Part shown: positions 1 through 13,600 of the stretch, piece by piece
How the letters are laid out: each line of letters begins with the position of its first letter
Numbering within the stretch: position 1 is the stretch's first letter
From: Mizuhopecten yessoensis
Taxonomy: Eukaryota
Assembly (NCBI RefSeq): GCF_002113885.1
Contig: NW_018408642.1
Span: 211,064-275,063 of the forward strand
Length of the DNA: 64,000 nt
Direction: 5' to 3'
Position numbers and translations under genes: made by a program
Notes under the pieces: generated by a model
Told to the model about the DNA's origin: nothing
The model's input: the letters and a program-made list of their open reading frames with translations, nothing else
Database searches by the model: none

Positions 1-310
1 GCACGTTATATAATTGTACCAGACACGCATATTACTATATTCGACACGTGTTACTCTACCAGACACACGTTATATAATTGTACCAGCCACGCATATTTCT
101 ATATCCGACACGTGTTACTCTACCAGCCACACTTTATATAATTGTACCAAACACGCATATTACTATATCCGACACGTGTTACTCTGCCAGACACACGTTA
201 TATAATTGTACCAGACACGCATATTACTATATCTGACACGTTTTACTCTACCAGACGCACGTTATATAATTGTACCAGACACGCATATTACTATATCCGA
301 CACGTGTTAC
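1..310. repeat. 64-bp tandem repeat (about 5 copies, runs off the window edge)
   Basis: CAC(G/T)TTATATAATTGTACCA recurs at 2, 66, 130, 194, 258. Confidence 0.9.
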
Positions 311-1334
311 TGCTGTACTGTACAAGACAAACGCATGACTGCGAAAGACGCCCATTAATATGCCAGACACTCGCGTTAACGTTGTTGTGTCAGACAAACA
401 CGTTAATAAACAAACACACACGCTACTCTATCAGTCAAATGCGTAACCGTGCGATATACAATGAACGTTACTATACCAAGACACGAGATCAGTGCAAAAC
501 ATGCACGGTACTATATCAGTCAGGAATTCAGTTTAGTAAATCCTTGTTGTCCCTTCGTCATGCTTATTATCATTGTTATCATTCTACTATGTTAATAATT
601 GATTTGATTTGTGATTAAAATCCAATCAAGTGTTCAGTTCTACAATACAATGCCATTGGAATTACACGTGTAAAAGATGTGCATTGATTAGGTTGCCTTA
701 CAAGCGTCATAAATAAATTTAAAAGAGCGAAAAGAAAAAGGTGGTGCTTTGTAAATGATGTCATTTATTCCTATTTTGCTGTCATTAATTACATTTAATT
801 GTAGATTTACGTTTCACCTGTCAATCAACAGGTGTATACAAAACAGTAGAGTGCTGTTACATGTATATAGCTAAAGCAAGCCTGTCAGTGAACAATATCT
901 CTCATAAGGAAAACAGTACAGGTTTACATCAAAACTATTTCAGTAAACAACTTCTTTGTGGGAAAACAGTACAGGTTTATATCTATGCTCTGCTAGTACA
1001 TGTAAATAGCATTAGGTCTGTATCCTGTACACCAAACATAAACAAAATAATTAAAATGTTTGTAATAAATAAACCAAGAGTTGTTTACTTACGGCTCATT
1101 AGCAATGCTAACTGTTGTTCAATATTTCTATGTATCTCTGTAATGATTGTGTACAAACATGGTGAAATGATGCTTTAAATATAACTGCCTCAGCAGCTTA
1201 CACAAATGTCACCATTTTAATCTCAACAAAAGTCACACATAATTCACTTTCATCAATTCCATCTTGTACATTGTAATTCTACATGGATTCTACAAACAAC
1301 CAGGGTTTCATTAACAAAGCAGACATACATTGAC

Positions 1335-1459
1335 TGTAGATCAGTAAAATATATCTCAACTATTTCCCGGGGCTCGAACCCGGGACCTTCCGAACTCTAG
1401 ACGGACGCTCAACCAATTGAGCTATCTGGTCGCCGAGGTCGACCCAGTCCTATACTACA
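1335..1459 (-). mobile_element. tRNA-derived repeat (pseudo-tRNA) within a TGTAG...CTACA unit; solo terminal repeat or SINE head
   Basis: Minus strand has A box TAGCTCAATTGG, B box GGTTCGAGCCC and a TCCG/CGGA anticodon stem, but the acceptor stem cannot pair. Confidence 0.65.
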
Positions 1460-2208
1460 TACATTAGCAGATTTCTGGAGCATGTTGGATATTCTCAACA
1501 TTTTACGTCTAACGTTGTGTAAAACATGCACTAATCAGAGCTACAAAATGTAAGCACGTGATAGCACTGAAGCTGTACAGCAGACAGTACACAAGGTCTT
1601 ACTGCTAACAAACTGAAGGCTGAGATTTTCTGTATTGTTGTCCTAAACAGTATTCCCTCTGAAATCTAGATTTGGGGGTATATTTGATACATTTTCAGGA
1701 TTATGAACCCCTAGGTACTTAGTTACAAAGACCGATCCTTGGAAACTAGGGTGTACGACCAACTGCTGTGGGGGTGATCATGATGATGAAGACCCTCATC
1801 ATTTGAGGGTTTCTGGGAACACTGCTATAATATGTGTGGTAAGGGGGATAACTCTAATTCTAAATTGGCTGAGATATCGTCCAAGCTCAAATCAGTATGC
1901 CTTCACTTTACTGCATGGGAGCTGTATGTGATGCAGAAACTCACAACCACTATCAACCAATCAGCTTTGAAATTCTTTTACAGTATGACAAACTAAAGGT
2001 ATACAGTATGACATTTTAACGGTTAACAGTATCACAATTCTAAAGTTGACAGTATGGCACATTTATTACACAGATTTTCAGAAGGTTTAAACATACACTT
2101 ATTTACTTGTTGGAGTTTTATTTCCTTGGTCGATATATACAACCTACACATACAGGTATACATACAATATGAGCCAATGTTGCCTGCCTAACAAACTGAA
2201 AGGTAATA

Positions 2209-2995
2209 ATAGTAACACTCTAAAGCCAATGGTTTATACAGGTACAAGTGATAGTAACACTCTAAAGCCAATGGTTTATACAGGTACAAGTGATCTGTAA
2301 AGGTCACTTGTTTAGGATCCTCTGTACTTACAAACATGCATATACAATTTTGGGGATTTTTGCAGTGGTCATTTACGTTTCAATTTTTTTCAAATTTTAT
2401 ACAAGGCATACAACCACACATCATCTGTCTTGAGTAACAATCATCCATACACCATTCACTACGTAAACAACTCGTCATCCACACGATATTCACTACGTAA
2501 ACAACTTGTGACAACAGTTTTGATCTCCTCAATGTTTCGTCCCTGAGACAGGAACAGTAATAAAGAGGGAATGGAGTTTTATCAGAAACACTTAAGATGT
2601 TAGGAGTAGGATGTCCAGCACGATCGACAGCCAGGGGACAAAATTACACAGCGGTGTCTTAGGTTTCATTATAGCAGTAACATTGGAGCCTTCATTACTT
2701 AGTTCAAACAAAAACTCACTCCTTCCCACTCTCTTTACTACACTCACTTGTTATCAGCGACATGATAACCCTTACTGTTCATCAATTATAGTACAGCACT
2801 AACTTACTATCAGTAATGTTACAACTCCATCCATAATACTGTAATACTTTAATATAATCAGTAATATTATGATACAATCACCATCAATTATAGTACAGCA
2901 CTAACTTACTATCAGTAATGTTACAGCTCCATCCAAAATATTGTAATACTTTAATATAATCAGTAATATTATGATACACTCACCATCAATTATTA
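2209..2995. repeat. Small tandem duplications (42 bp at 2209-2293, about 31 bp at 2445-2506, 103 bp at 2779-2995) downstream of ATG4
   Basis: Direct repeats visible in the sequence. Confidence 0.75.
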
Positions 2996-3164
2996 TGACA
3001 CTTGCTCATCTTACATCAACAGTAATCAGTGACGTAGAATACATGTATGCTTGTATGCTCAAACATAGACTAAAATTTTCGAGAAGATTTTTTATCATAT
3101 ATTTTTATCAATTTATTTTTTATGATTGATATGGACCGTCCGTATCAATCACAAAAAGGAAAGA

Positions 3165-3760
3165 AAACAAGAGGCCCATGGGCCTTAACGGTCACCTGAT
3201 ATATTTATACAGAGTTGATTTTGATTTTAACATGAACAAAAATATTATTCAAAGTGACAAAAAACAATAAAACCACCTTATTCAATATCTAGCTTACAGA
3301 TTTAAGACTAAAAAAGTATTTGAAACTAGCACCTCTGATTCTAAACAAGGAAAATGAAGAAATTTTAGCACACTGACGTCTTTGGGCCCCACCATCCAGC
3401 CCTTGGAGGTAGGGCTGGCTCAAAAATGTTCAAAGTATCAAACTGTCAACTCAGGGTTATAATTCCAATCAAGTTATTAACATGTAATATTCAAAGTATC
3501 ATTTGCCATTATAAACCATAATAAATTCTACCATATCTGGGTCTTGAGAAGAAGATTTTTGAAATGTCTTCAATTCAACCCTTTTTGGCCCCACCCGTCA
3601 GCCTCTGGGGGTCAGTCAGGGCTCATATGTGCATACCATCAAACTGCTACCTAATACTGATAATTCTAACCTAAATTGAATTACTTCCAATGGAAATTGA
3701 ACAAATGTTGGTCCAAAATGTGATTACCGCAGGGACATGAAATTCACAATTTTCAATTTC
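3165..3760 (-). mobile_element. Helentron/HINE-like non-autonomous element remnant
   Basis: Starts AAACAAGAGGCCCATGGGCCTTAACGGTCACCTG, the reverse complement of the CAGGTGA..GGCCC..GCCTCTTGTT end also seen at 34240-34273; GGCCCC-containing core repeats. Confidence 0.55.
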
Positions 3761-4557
3761 ACAATTGACCTTGTAGACTTTGTCTCAGGTGACCTAAAAA
3801 ATCTTCTTGAAAATTTTAGTCCAACGAAACATATTATCCCGTATTGTTCTCAGATAATCATTTCAAGGCCCTTTTTAGCAAGTAAAATTGTTACTTGTTA
3901 ATAATCAGACTAAAAGGTGTTCCAAGAACACGGTAGATTGCTTCTAGGGTCCAGTAGAAATTTCTCCAGCTATGTAATAAGCATACACTCCCAACAATTA
4001 TTTGCTACGCCACTGGTAATAATCATCCTCCAAATTCCAGGGGTGACACTCTCTTACATGTACCTTCAAGGCACCTCTGAATGTGTCATGACAAAATCAA
4101 AGTTCTGTACAGGTCACCTTGTAGAGGAGTCAGGGGAACTAATTTGATCCTTTTATGTGTACATTAAAAGAGTTGTGTGGCAACATAATGGTAAAATTGA
4201 CTGACCTCCAAGTCAGGTGTTCATGTAAGTGAACATTACCCCTGTGGTTTTGAGGATGCAATAATATTACAACACTTGCTTCTTATCAGTCACTTCACAG
4301 CATCCTTTATCACTAATTATCAATTATAAATATTCGATTTACATGGATATTTTTTATACCCTTAAATAATTTTCATGCCAACTCCTTAATCACAAAGGTC
4401 ATTGGTGACAAAACCAACCAATCAGATTTATAAAACGAAGTAAAATCATCCAATCAGACTTCTTGTTTTGACAAACTTCATTAATTGTTGAATTCATTGC
4501 ATTGTTAGAACACAGTCTGTGAACTGATCATCCAGTTATCTGTTTGATCAAGCCTGG

Positions 4558-4616
4558 TTATCCGACCAACTCAAATTCTTCATCACTGTCATTTTGTGCT
4601 CTTACTTCGGTGAAAC
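4558..4616 (-). CDS. ATG4B: ATG4 terminal exon 12 with LIR motif
   Basis: ttacag|[22 protein letters not shown]; acidic stretch + F-x-x-V resembles the human ATG4B tail EDEDFEILSL. Confidence 0.9.
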
Positions 4617-7600
4617 CTGTAAATAGTTAACATCAAAGAGATATAAACCATAGAAAACTTAATCAACGTTCAGTATTCTGTACTATTAAAAGAAGCGTTT
4701 AGATGATGTGTTTGCGCAGTTGATAAAACCTTAAAACAAATTCTAGAACCAGTTGTCTAATGAGCTTATTAGCTAAGTACCAACCCATGTAGTGTATTTT
4801 GTAGCATACAATGTACCTATCTCTAAAGGATCTTAAGGTCAGGGTGTGAATGGAGGATCAAGCACAGAAACAGTATAATATTCTTTTGCTTTAACTACTG
4901 TAGTGGAGTAGATTTCTAATTTTAAGAGCTTTTTTGCTTCAAATATTGTGATAATTATGATTACACTAATTAATGTTTGTATATAATGTTCTATAGCACA
5001 TGTTGTGAGTGTGCCAATTCATCAATCTCATCTGTTAACAATTCATAATCTGCTAAAGTTTGTGTCCTTAAAGGTAAGAACTTTTACAGAATTCGAGAGT
5101 GTGGTGATTAGACTAGTATAAAGTTAAAATGCGGATACTGAGTACTGACAAATATGTGAATACTGAGTACTGACAAATATGTGGATACTGAATACTGACA
5201 AATATGTGGATAATGAGTAATGACAAATATGTGGATACTGAGTAAAGACAAATATGTGGATACTGAGTACCTGGTACTGACAAATATGGATACTGAATAC
5301 TGACAAATATGTGGATACTAAGTTAAGACAAATATGTGGATACTTAGTACTGACAAATATGTGGATACTTAATAATGACAAATATGTGGATACTTAGTAC
5401 TGACAAATATGTGGATACTTAATAAAGACAAATATGTGGATACTGAGTACTGACAAATTTGTGGATACTGAGTACTGACAAATATGTGGATACTGAGTAC
5501 TGACAACTCTGCGGATACTGAGTACTGACAACTCTGCGGATACTGATTACTGACAAATATGTGGATACTGAGTACAGACAAATATGTGTATACTGAGTAC
5601 AGACAAATATGTGGATACTGAGTACTGACAAATATGTGGATACTCAGTACTGACAACTCTGCAGATACTGAGTACTGACAACTCTGCGGATACTGATTAC
5701 TGACAAATATGTGGATACTGAGTACAGACAAATATGTGGATACTGAGTACTGACAAATATGTGGATACTGAGTAATGACAAATATGTGGATACTGAATAC
5801 AGACAAATATGTGGATACTGAGTACCTGGTACTGACAAATATGGATACTGAATACTGACAAATATGTGGATACTGAGTAATGACAAATATGTGGATACTG
5901 AGTAATGACAAATATGTGGATACTGAGTAATGACAAATATGCGGATACTGAGTACTGACAAATATGTGGATACTGAGTAATGACAAATATGTGGATACTG
6001 AGTACTGACAACTCTGCAGATACTGAGTACTGACAAATATGTGGATACTGAGTACTGACAAATATGCGGATACTGAGTACAGACAAATATGCGGACACTG
6101 AGTACTGACAAATATGTGGATACTGAGTACTGACAAATATGTGGATACTNNNNNNNNNNNNNNNNNNNNNNNNNNNNNNNNNNNNNNNNNNNNNNNNNNN
6201 NNNNNNNNNNNNNNNNNNNNNNNNNNNNNNNNNNNNNNNNNNNNNNNNNNNNNNNNNNNNNNNNNNNNNNNNNNNNNNNNNNNNNNNNNNNNNNNNNNNN
6301 NNNNNNNNNNNNNNNNNNNNNNNNNNNNNNNNNNNNNNNNNNNNNNNNNNNNNNNNNNNNNNNNNNNNNNNNNNNNNNNNNNNNNNNNNNNNNNNNNNNN
6401 NNNNNNNNNGATACTGAGTACTGACAAATATGTGGATACTGAGTACTGACAAATATGTGGATACTGAGTACTGACAACTCTGCGGATACTGATTAAAGAC
6501 AACTCTGCAGATACTGATTACTGACAAATATGTGGATACTGATTATTGACAAATATGTGGTTTGGATACTGGGTACTGACAAATATGTGGATACTTTATG
6601 AGTACTGACAAATATGTGGATACTTTATGAATACTGACAAATATGTGGTTTGGATACTGGGTACTGACAAATATGTGGATACTGAGTAATGACAAATATG
6701 TGGGTACCGAGTACTGACAAATATGTGGATACTGAGTACAGACAAATATGTGGATACTGAGTACTGACAAATATGTGGATACTTAGTACTGACAAATATG
6801 TGGATACTGAGTACAGACAAATGTCATTTGACTGGTTTACAATATGTACTCGAGCCTGATGTATAAATGCAAAAGTATGATAATTTATTTCTTTCATACA
6901 ATATGTACCTGTGGTAGAAGGTGTCAGCCCAGTATAGGGTTCGTATGGAGGGTAGTGGGAAGGACGATCCTGGAACATTTCAAACATGGGTGTCTTTTTG
7001 GCATCTGTGATGTGTTTACGAGCCTGAATACAGAAGTCTGTGAAGTCTTCCTCATTACGGCAATAAAACCCCTGTAACAAATAGTACTATAATTATAATG
7101 TTGTGTGGATAAAGAGGGTCAAAATCTGTAATACATACAACATATTTATAGGAGTCAAACTCTGTGATACCAATAAAACCCCTGTTACAAATAGTACTAT
7201 AATTATAATGTTGTGTGGATAAAGAGGGTCAAAATCTGTAATACATACAACATATTTATAGGAGTCAAACTCTGTGATACCAATAAATACTAAGTTTGTT
7301 TCAACACAAGGTTCCTTTGTCAAGCAAAGTGTGTGAATAAACGGTATCTCGGCACTAAACCAGTGAAAACAACTCACTCAGCCACAGTGTGCCAGTGGAA
7401 ACAACTCACTCAGCCACAGTGTGCCAGTGTAAACAACTCACTCAGCCACAGTGTGCCAAATTGGTAAAGTCAGCTGTCAGAAATTATAGAGACATTTCAC
7501 TAAATAGCACTCTTAGTAATACTGCAAGCAGTCAGGGGGGACAGGTAACATGTCTTTACCCTTCCCGCCCCTTAGTGGATGTTAAAACATGTTACCCATC

Positions 7601-10600
7601 CCCCTGACTGCCTGTAGTATTAGAGTGCTATTTGGCGAAATTCCACATAACATATTACAGCTACAAAGGGGTACAGCTCTGTGATACATTTAAAGGCTAA
7701 AGAGGGGTCAAACTTTGTGACACATACAATGCTATCTATAGAGGGGACAAATTTTGTGCCACATACGATGCCTATAGAGGGGTCAAACTTTGTGACACAT
7801 ACAATGCCTACAGAGGGGTCAAACTTTGTGACACTTACGATGCTATCTATAGAGGGGACAAACTTTGTGACACATATGACGGCTATTGAGGGGTCAAACT
7901 TTGTGACACATACAATGCCTATAGAGGGGTCAAACTTTGTGACACATACGATGCCTATCGAGAGGTCAAACTTTGTGACACATACAATGCCTATAGAGGG
8001 GTCAAACTTTGTGACACATACAATGCTATCTATAGAGGGGACAAACTTTGTGACACATACGATGCCTATAGAGGGGACAAACTTTGTGATACATACGACG
8101 GCTATGGACGGGTCCAGCTCCGTAACCTTCATCAGGCTGGGATACTGACAGTGGTAGCTCTGATCACTACTTGAGGGATCGTCCAGGTCAGTGGCCGCCT
8201 GTGTTGTATGTGGGTCCAGGAATATCAGCTTGTCACCTGAATATAAACAAGTACTATGTTTCAGACATATTTTGTGAGCTAGTTATATCAAATATGCACT
8301 AACCTTTTTAATCAGGAAATCAACTTTTCTCTAATCAAGTGTTTGAAAAGCAACAATGAGAATAGGTTTTCATAAAAAGAAGCTTTTTAGAGCAGCATTG
8401 GAATTAAATCAACAGAATCACAATATCCAAGTCAGATTAGGATAATACTCAGAGAAAATGTTCTAATCTGAAAAAAAAAAAAAATGACACCAGATGATTT
8501 CCACTGTTGAAATGCAATATTTTATAAATTTGTATTGTAGAGGATTACACATAGGTCACAAGTTACAAAATTATACAAAGGTCACAGGTTATAGTGTACA
8601 GGATTATACAGAGGTCACTGGGTACAGTGTACAGGATTATACAGAGGTCACTGGGTACAGTGTACAGGATTATACAGAGGTCACAGGGAAAAGTGTACAG
8701 GATTATACAGAGGTCACTGGGTACAGTGTACAGGATTATACAGAGGTCACATGTTATAGTGTACAGGATTATACAGAGGTCACTGGGTACAATGTAAATG
8801 ATTATACAAAGGTCACTAAGTGCAGTGTACAGTATTCACTGGGTATAGTGTACTGAACTATACAGAGTTCACTAGGTACAGTATAAAGGATTATACAGAG
8901 TTTACTAGGTACAGTGTAAAGGATTATACAGAGTTCACTAGGTACAGTGTAAAGGATTATACAGGATTATACAGAGTTCACTAGGTACATTGTAAAGGAT
9001 TATACAGAGTTCACTAGGTACAGTGTAAAGGATTATACAGAGGTCACAGGGAACAGTGTAAAGGATTATACAGAGATCACTGGGTACAGTGTAAAGGATT
9101 ATACAAAGGTCACAGTGTACAGTATCATACAGAGGGCACAGGTTATAGTGTACAGGATTATACAGAGATCAATGGGTACAGTGTAAAGGATTATACAAAG
9201 GACGCTAAGTACAGTATTATACAGAGGTCACTGGGTACAGTGTAAAGGATTATACAGAGGTCAGAGGGAACAGTGTAAAGGATTATACAGAGATCACTGG
9301 GTACAGTGTACAGGATTATACAGAGGTCACTGGGTACAGTGTAAAGGATTATACAGAGGTCACTAGGTACAGTGTACAGGATTATACAAAGATCACAGTG
9401 TACAGTATCATACAGAGGTCACAGGTTATAGTGTACAGGATTATACAGAGATCACTGGGTACAGTGTAAAGGATTATACAAAGGTCACAGTGTACAGTAT
9501 CATACAGAGGTCACAGGTTATAGTGTACAGGATTATACAGAGATCACTGGGTACAGTGTAAAGGATTATACAAAGGTCGCTAAGTACAGTATCATACAGA
9601 GGTCACAGGTTATAGTGTACAGGATTATACAGAGGTCACTGGGTACAGTGTAAAGGATTATACAAAGGTCGCTAAGTACAGTATCATACAGAGGTCACAG
9701 GTTATAGTGTACAGGATTATACAGAGGTCACTGGGTACAGTGTAAAGGATTATACAGAGGTCGCTAAGTACAGTATCATACAGAGGTCACAGGTTATAGT
9801 GTACAGGATTATACAGAGATCACTGGGTACAGTGTAAAGGATTATACAAAGGTCACTAAGTACAGTATCATACAGAGGTCACAGGTTATAGTGTACAGGA
9901 TTATACAGAGATCACTGGGTACAGTGTAAAGGATTATACAAAGGTCACAGTGTACAGTATCATACAGAGGTCACAGGTTATAGTGTACAGGATTATACAG
10001 AGATCACTGGGTACAGTGTACTGTATTATACAGAGGTCACAGGTTATAGTGAACAGGATTATACCGAGGTCAGAGGTTATAGTGTACAGGATTATACAGA
10101 GATCACTGGGTACAGTGTACAGGATTATACAGAGGTCACAGGTTCAGTGTACAGGATTATACAGTTGTCACTTAGTGCATTGTACATGATTATACAGAGG
10201 TCGCTAAGTACAGTGTACAGGATTATACAGAGGTCACTAGGTACAGTGTATAAGATTGTACAGAGGTCACTAGGTGCAGTGTATAAGATTATACAGAGGT
10301 CACTGGGTACAGTGTATAAGATTATACAGAGGTCACTGGGTACAGTGTACAGAATTATACAGAGGTCACTGGGTACAGTGTACAGGATTATACAGAGGTC
10401 ACTGGGTACAGTGTACAGGATTATACAGAGGTCACTGGGTACAGTGTACAGGATTATACAGAGGTCACTGGAAACAGTGTACAGGATTATACAAAGGTCA
10501 CAGTGTACAGTATCATACAGAGGTAACAGGTTATAGTGTACAGGATTATAGAGATCACTGGGTACAGTGTACAGGATTATACAGTTGTCACTTAGTGCAT

Positions 10601-13600
10601 TGTACATGATTATACAGAGGTCGCTAAGTACAGTGTACAGGATTATACAGAGGTCACTAGGTACAGTGTATAAGATTATACAGAGGTCACTAGGTGCAGT
10701 GTATAAGATTATACAGAGGTCACTAGGTACAGTGTATAAGATTATACAGAGGTCACTAGGTACAGTGTACAGGATTATACAGATATCACAGGGTACAGGA
10801 TTTTATAAAGGTCAAAGGTTTTAGTTAAATTTTGAAGAATCACTCTTAATGCCATTATCACTCTCCTACATATTTGATTTTTGTTTTGTATTATGTACAG
10901 TTGTGTAAATAAATTAAAAGGTTGTTGAAATGAAATGATTTTTAACACAAAAAGTATTTAAAGTACCAACAAAATATCAACAACAGGTGGTAAAGTTATA
11001 ACCTTGATACGTACCTAAGGACCCTACAAACCAGTGAGCATGGTTTGGTCGACCTCCAATTATACCTACACTTTGTTTGAAGGTAAAACATCTCTGTAAC
11101 ACAGGACATATAGCACTACAGTAAGTACACTTGTATTTTAGGCTATATCAGATATGTAACTTAAACAAACATGTTATATATGTATCCTGTGATTCTAGGC
11201 TACATCAGATACAGTTAGAGTACTTATTTTAGAAGACGCAAATTCAAGGGTTTTTAATTTACAAATATAAGAGCATTGATGAATTGGGGCACTCAATATA
11301 AGCAATTGAAAAATACATACATGTACAAAGACATCAATTAGCACAATAATTAAAGCACAAAAAGTGCTAATATTAGAATACAGCTCAAATACCTATGCTT
11401 AATACAGAATATAATACACAGTGAAACTTTTAACACCGACAAATTTTATGGTGTGATCTTGACAACAACTGATGGCTGCCGTTTGTATATCCATACTTAA
11501 CCATACTGTCATTATTTCTTATGAGACCTCTATATACAAATATATATATATGAAGGCGTACATGTGTAATTTTGCTGAAAGAATCATGTTGGTAGATAAT
11601 GGGAAGTGAATCAGTGTTCTAGCATCATGTCTATAATCCAGCTACAGTCTGTAGGTTTGAGCCTATTTAGATAGGATTACTGAATTCCATATTACGAAAG
11701 TTTTTCAGGAATGAACTTCCCATTTCTTTACCATATAGAACCTCTATTTTTCAAAACAATAAAACAAATCATTTAAGATGTATCCAAAATTGTATCCAGA
11801 TTGCAGTGACATAAAACCGGTCTCTCGAGAGGTCTGACGGCGGAATTAAGTGACTTAATTACTTGGAAAATTGATTATTATGGGTTCTTCTTTTTAGACT
11901 TTGGCTGATTGGGTTAACGTTATCAATCTCATTCCCCAGGAAGTTTAACAGAATTATACACAGTTGATATAAACAAGATCTAGACTAGGTGGTATACTAT
12001 TAATCACAGCAGTACTTACTTTCAGACTTTCTATATATACAGAGTTGATGTCTGTTAGACCTAGTCTAAGTGGAATAACAAGAAGAAGAGGTTTCCAACA
12101 TCCTGGCTTCCCTTTGAGTTTGTGGTTTTTGTCAAAGTGTCTTGGTCCGCCTTCTGCTCCCTTTTCATTCTGACATCCCATAATATCACAGCTTTCTGAC
12201 TCTCTACCTTCCTGACACAGACCTCCTGAAGACACAAGGTCAAAGGTGAGACATTCCTAAACAATACTGATTTTATTATTCTAGGACACCTGATGTGGTT
12301 TTTATTAGATAAAACATTCAGATATACTTAAAGAAAATCAGAAAATATCTGATAAAACAACCTATTTGATAAACTTGCTATGTGAATGTTTAGTTTTGCT
12401 TAACTGTATGTTCTTCAGCATTTATGATAGAACTTGAAATCTCCAACAAACTCTGAATATTAGAATAAACTAATTAGGATCTTCAACAAAAACAGGTCGA
12501 ATCAGGCGAAAACCTCTTTACCCATACTCACGGATATTTTAAGATTTACACATCTCTTCTCAATTGGGCCCTGCAGCCCCCAGGAGAGAAACACATTCCA
12601 TTTATACAACAATGAATACCTTTGGCACAAGGATGCGTCAGACCAATTAACATTAAAATCATCCATTTACCCATTTTCAAGGAATAGGACTTAAAAGATT
12701 TATATAATTTACACTATAGGGCCCCATCCCTCTGCCCCAAGAAAAGCCAAGCCTTTCATGTATATAAATAGTGAGCCCCATTAGCCCAGTAATGCTCTTC
12801 TACAAATTTTGTCAAAATCCATTCAACTATTCTGGATAAGAAGGTTTTTTTGCGAAAAGTAGAAAACAGATGATGATGATCACAGCATCACAGCTTAATT
12901 AGTTCATTTGTCATTCAGGCAGCTGAGCTAAAAACATGGAAAAAGACACTTCATTTCTGGAAATGATTTCTTTATGTACCAATGAAATAACCGATTGTCA
13001 TTTCACTTTACACAGCAAAGTTTGTGGGATTATTTTTGCTGACATTACTAGCATGGTAAGACTAAGTGAGGTTATTATTGATAAATGTTGATACTCACGA
13101 ATATCATTTTCTATCACAGTGTTGTCCATAGCTACATGTATTACAAGATTGGACCAATCATCATAAACTGCCAGCTTCCTTCAGAAAACAAGAATACATG
13201 TATGTCATTATAATCTACCCATTTCCTAGAGCACCAACAAATATGTTGTCATAAGCTATCAACTTCCTAAAGATATGTACATTTAAAAGGCACTGATTTC
13301 AGTTTTCAGTGACACGCCTTTGCCATTCCCAAAGTTTCTTGCACACAAATTTTTGCATTCGTAGGTGACAGAGTATGCAAGAATATATATATCCCAACAA
13401 AAATACACAGATAGACTGACAGACAGACTATGATAGTACCAACTATAGCCCCCTCTGCCCCCTCTGAGCTGAGATCAATCTAGACTTGATTCACTATCGT
13501 TTATAATTATGGGTAGTTTCCCCATCAGAAGAAAATTCCCCTGTCCTTTGAAATTCCCCCTATGTGCTTCAAATTTCCCCTATTTCAACAAGAAAATAGC

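Noticed and set aside
1366-1431. Functional tRNA gene
   Set aside because: The acceptor stem cannot form and the anticodon stem is imperfect; treated as repeat-derived.
2531-2558. Hammerhead-like stem followed by GAAAC on the minus strand
   Set aside because: The CTGANGA core is absent; too short to distinguish from chance.
5124-6820. Long repetitive ORFs ([14 protein letters not shown])
   Set aside because: Translations of a 25-bp minisatellite and an N gap inside an ATG4 intron.
8494-10824. [11 protein letters not shown] and [11 protein letters not shown] repeat ORFs
   Set aside because: A 33-bp intronic minisatellite open in several frames, with no supported exon structure.
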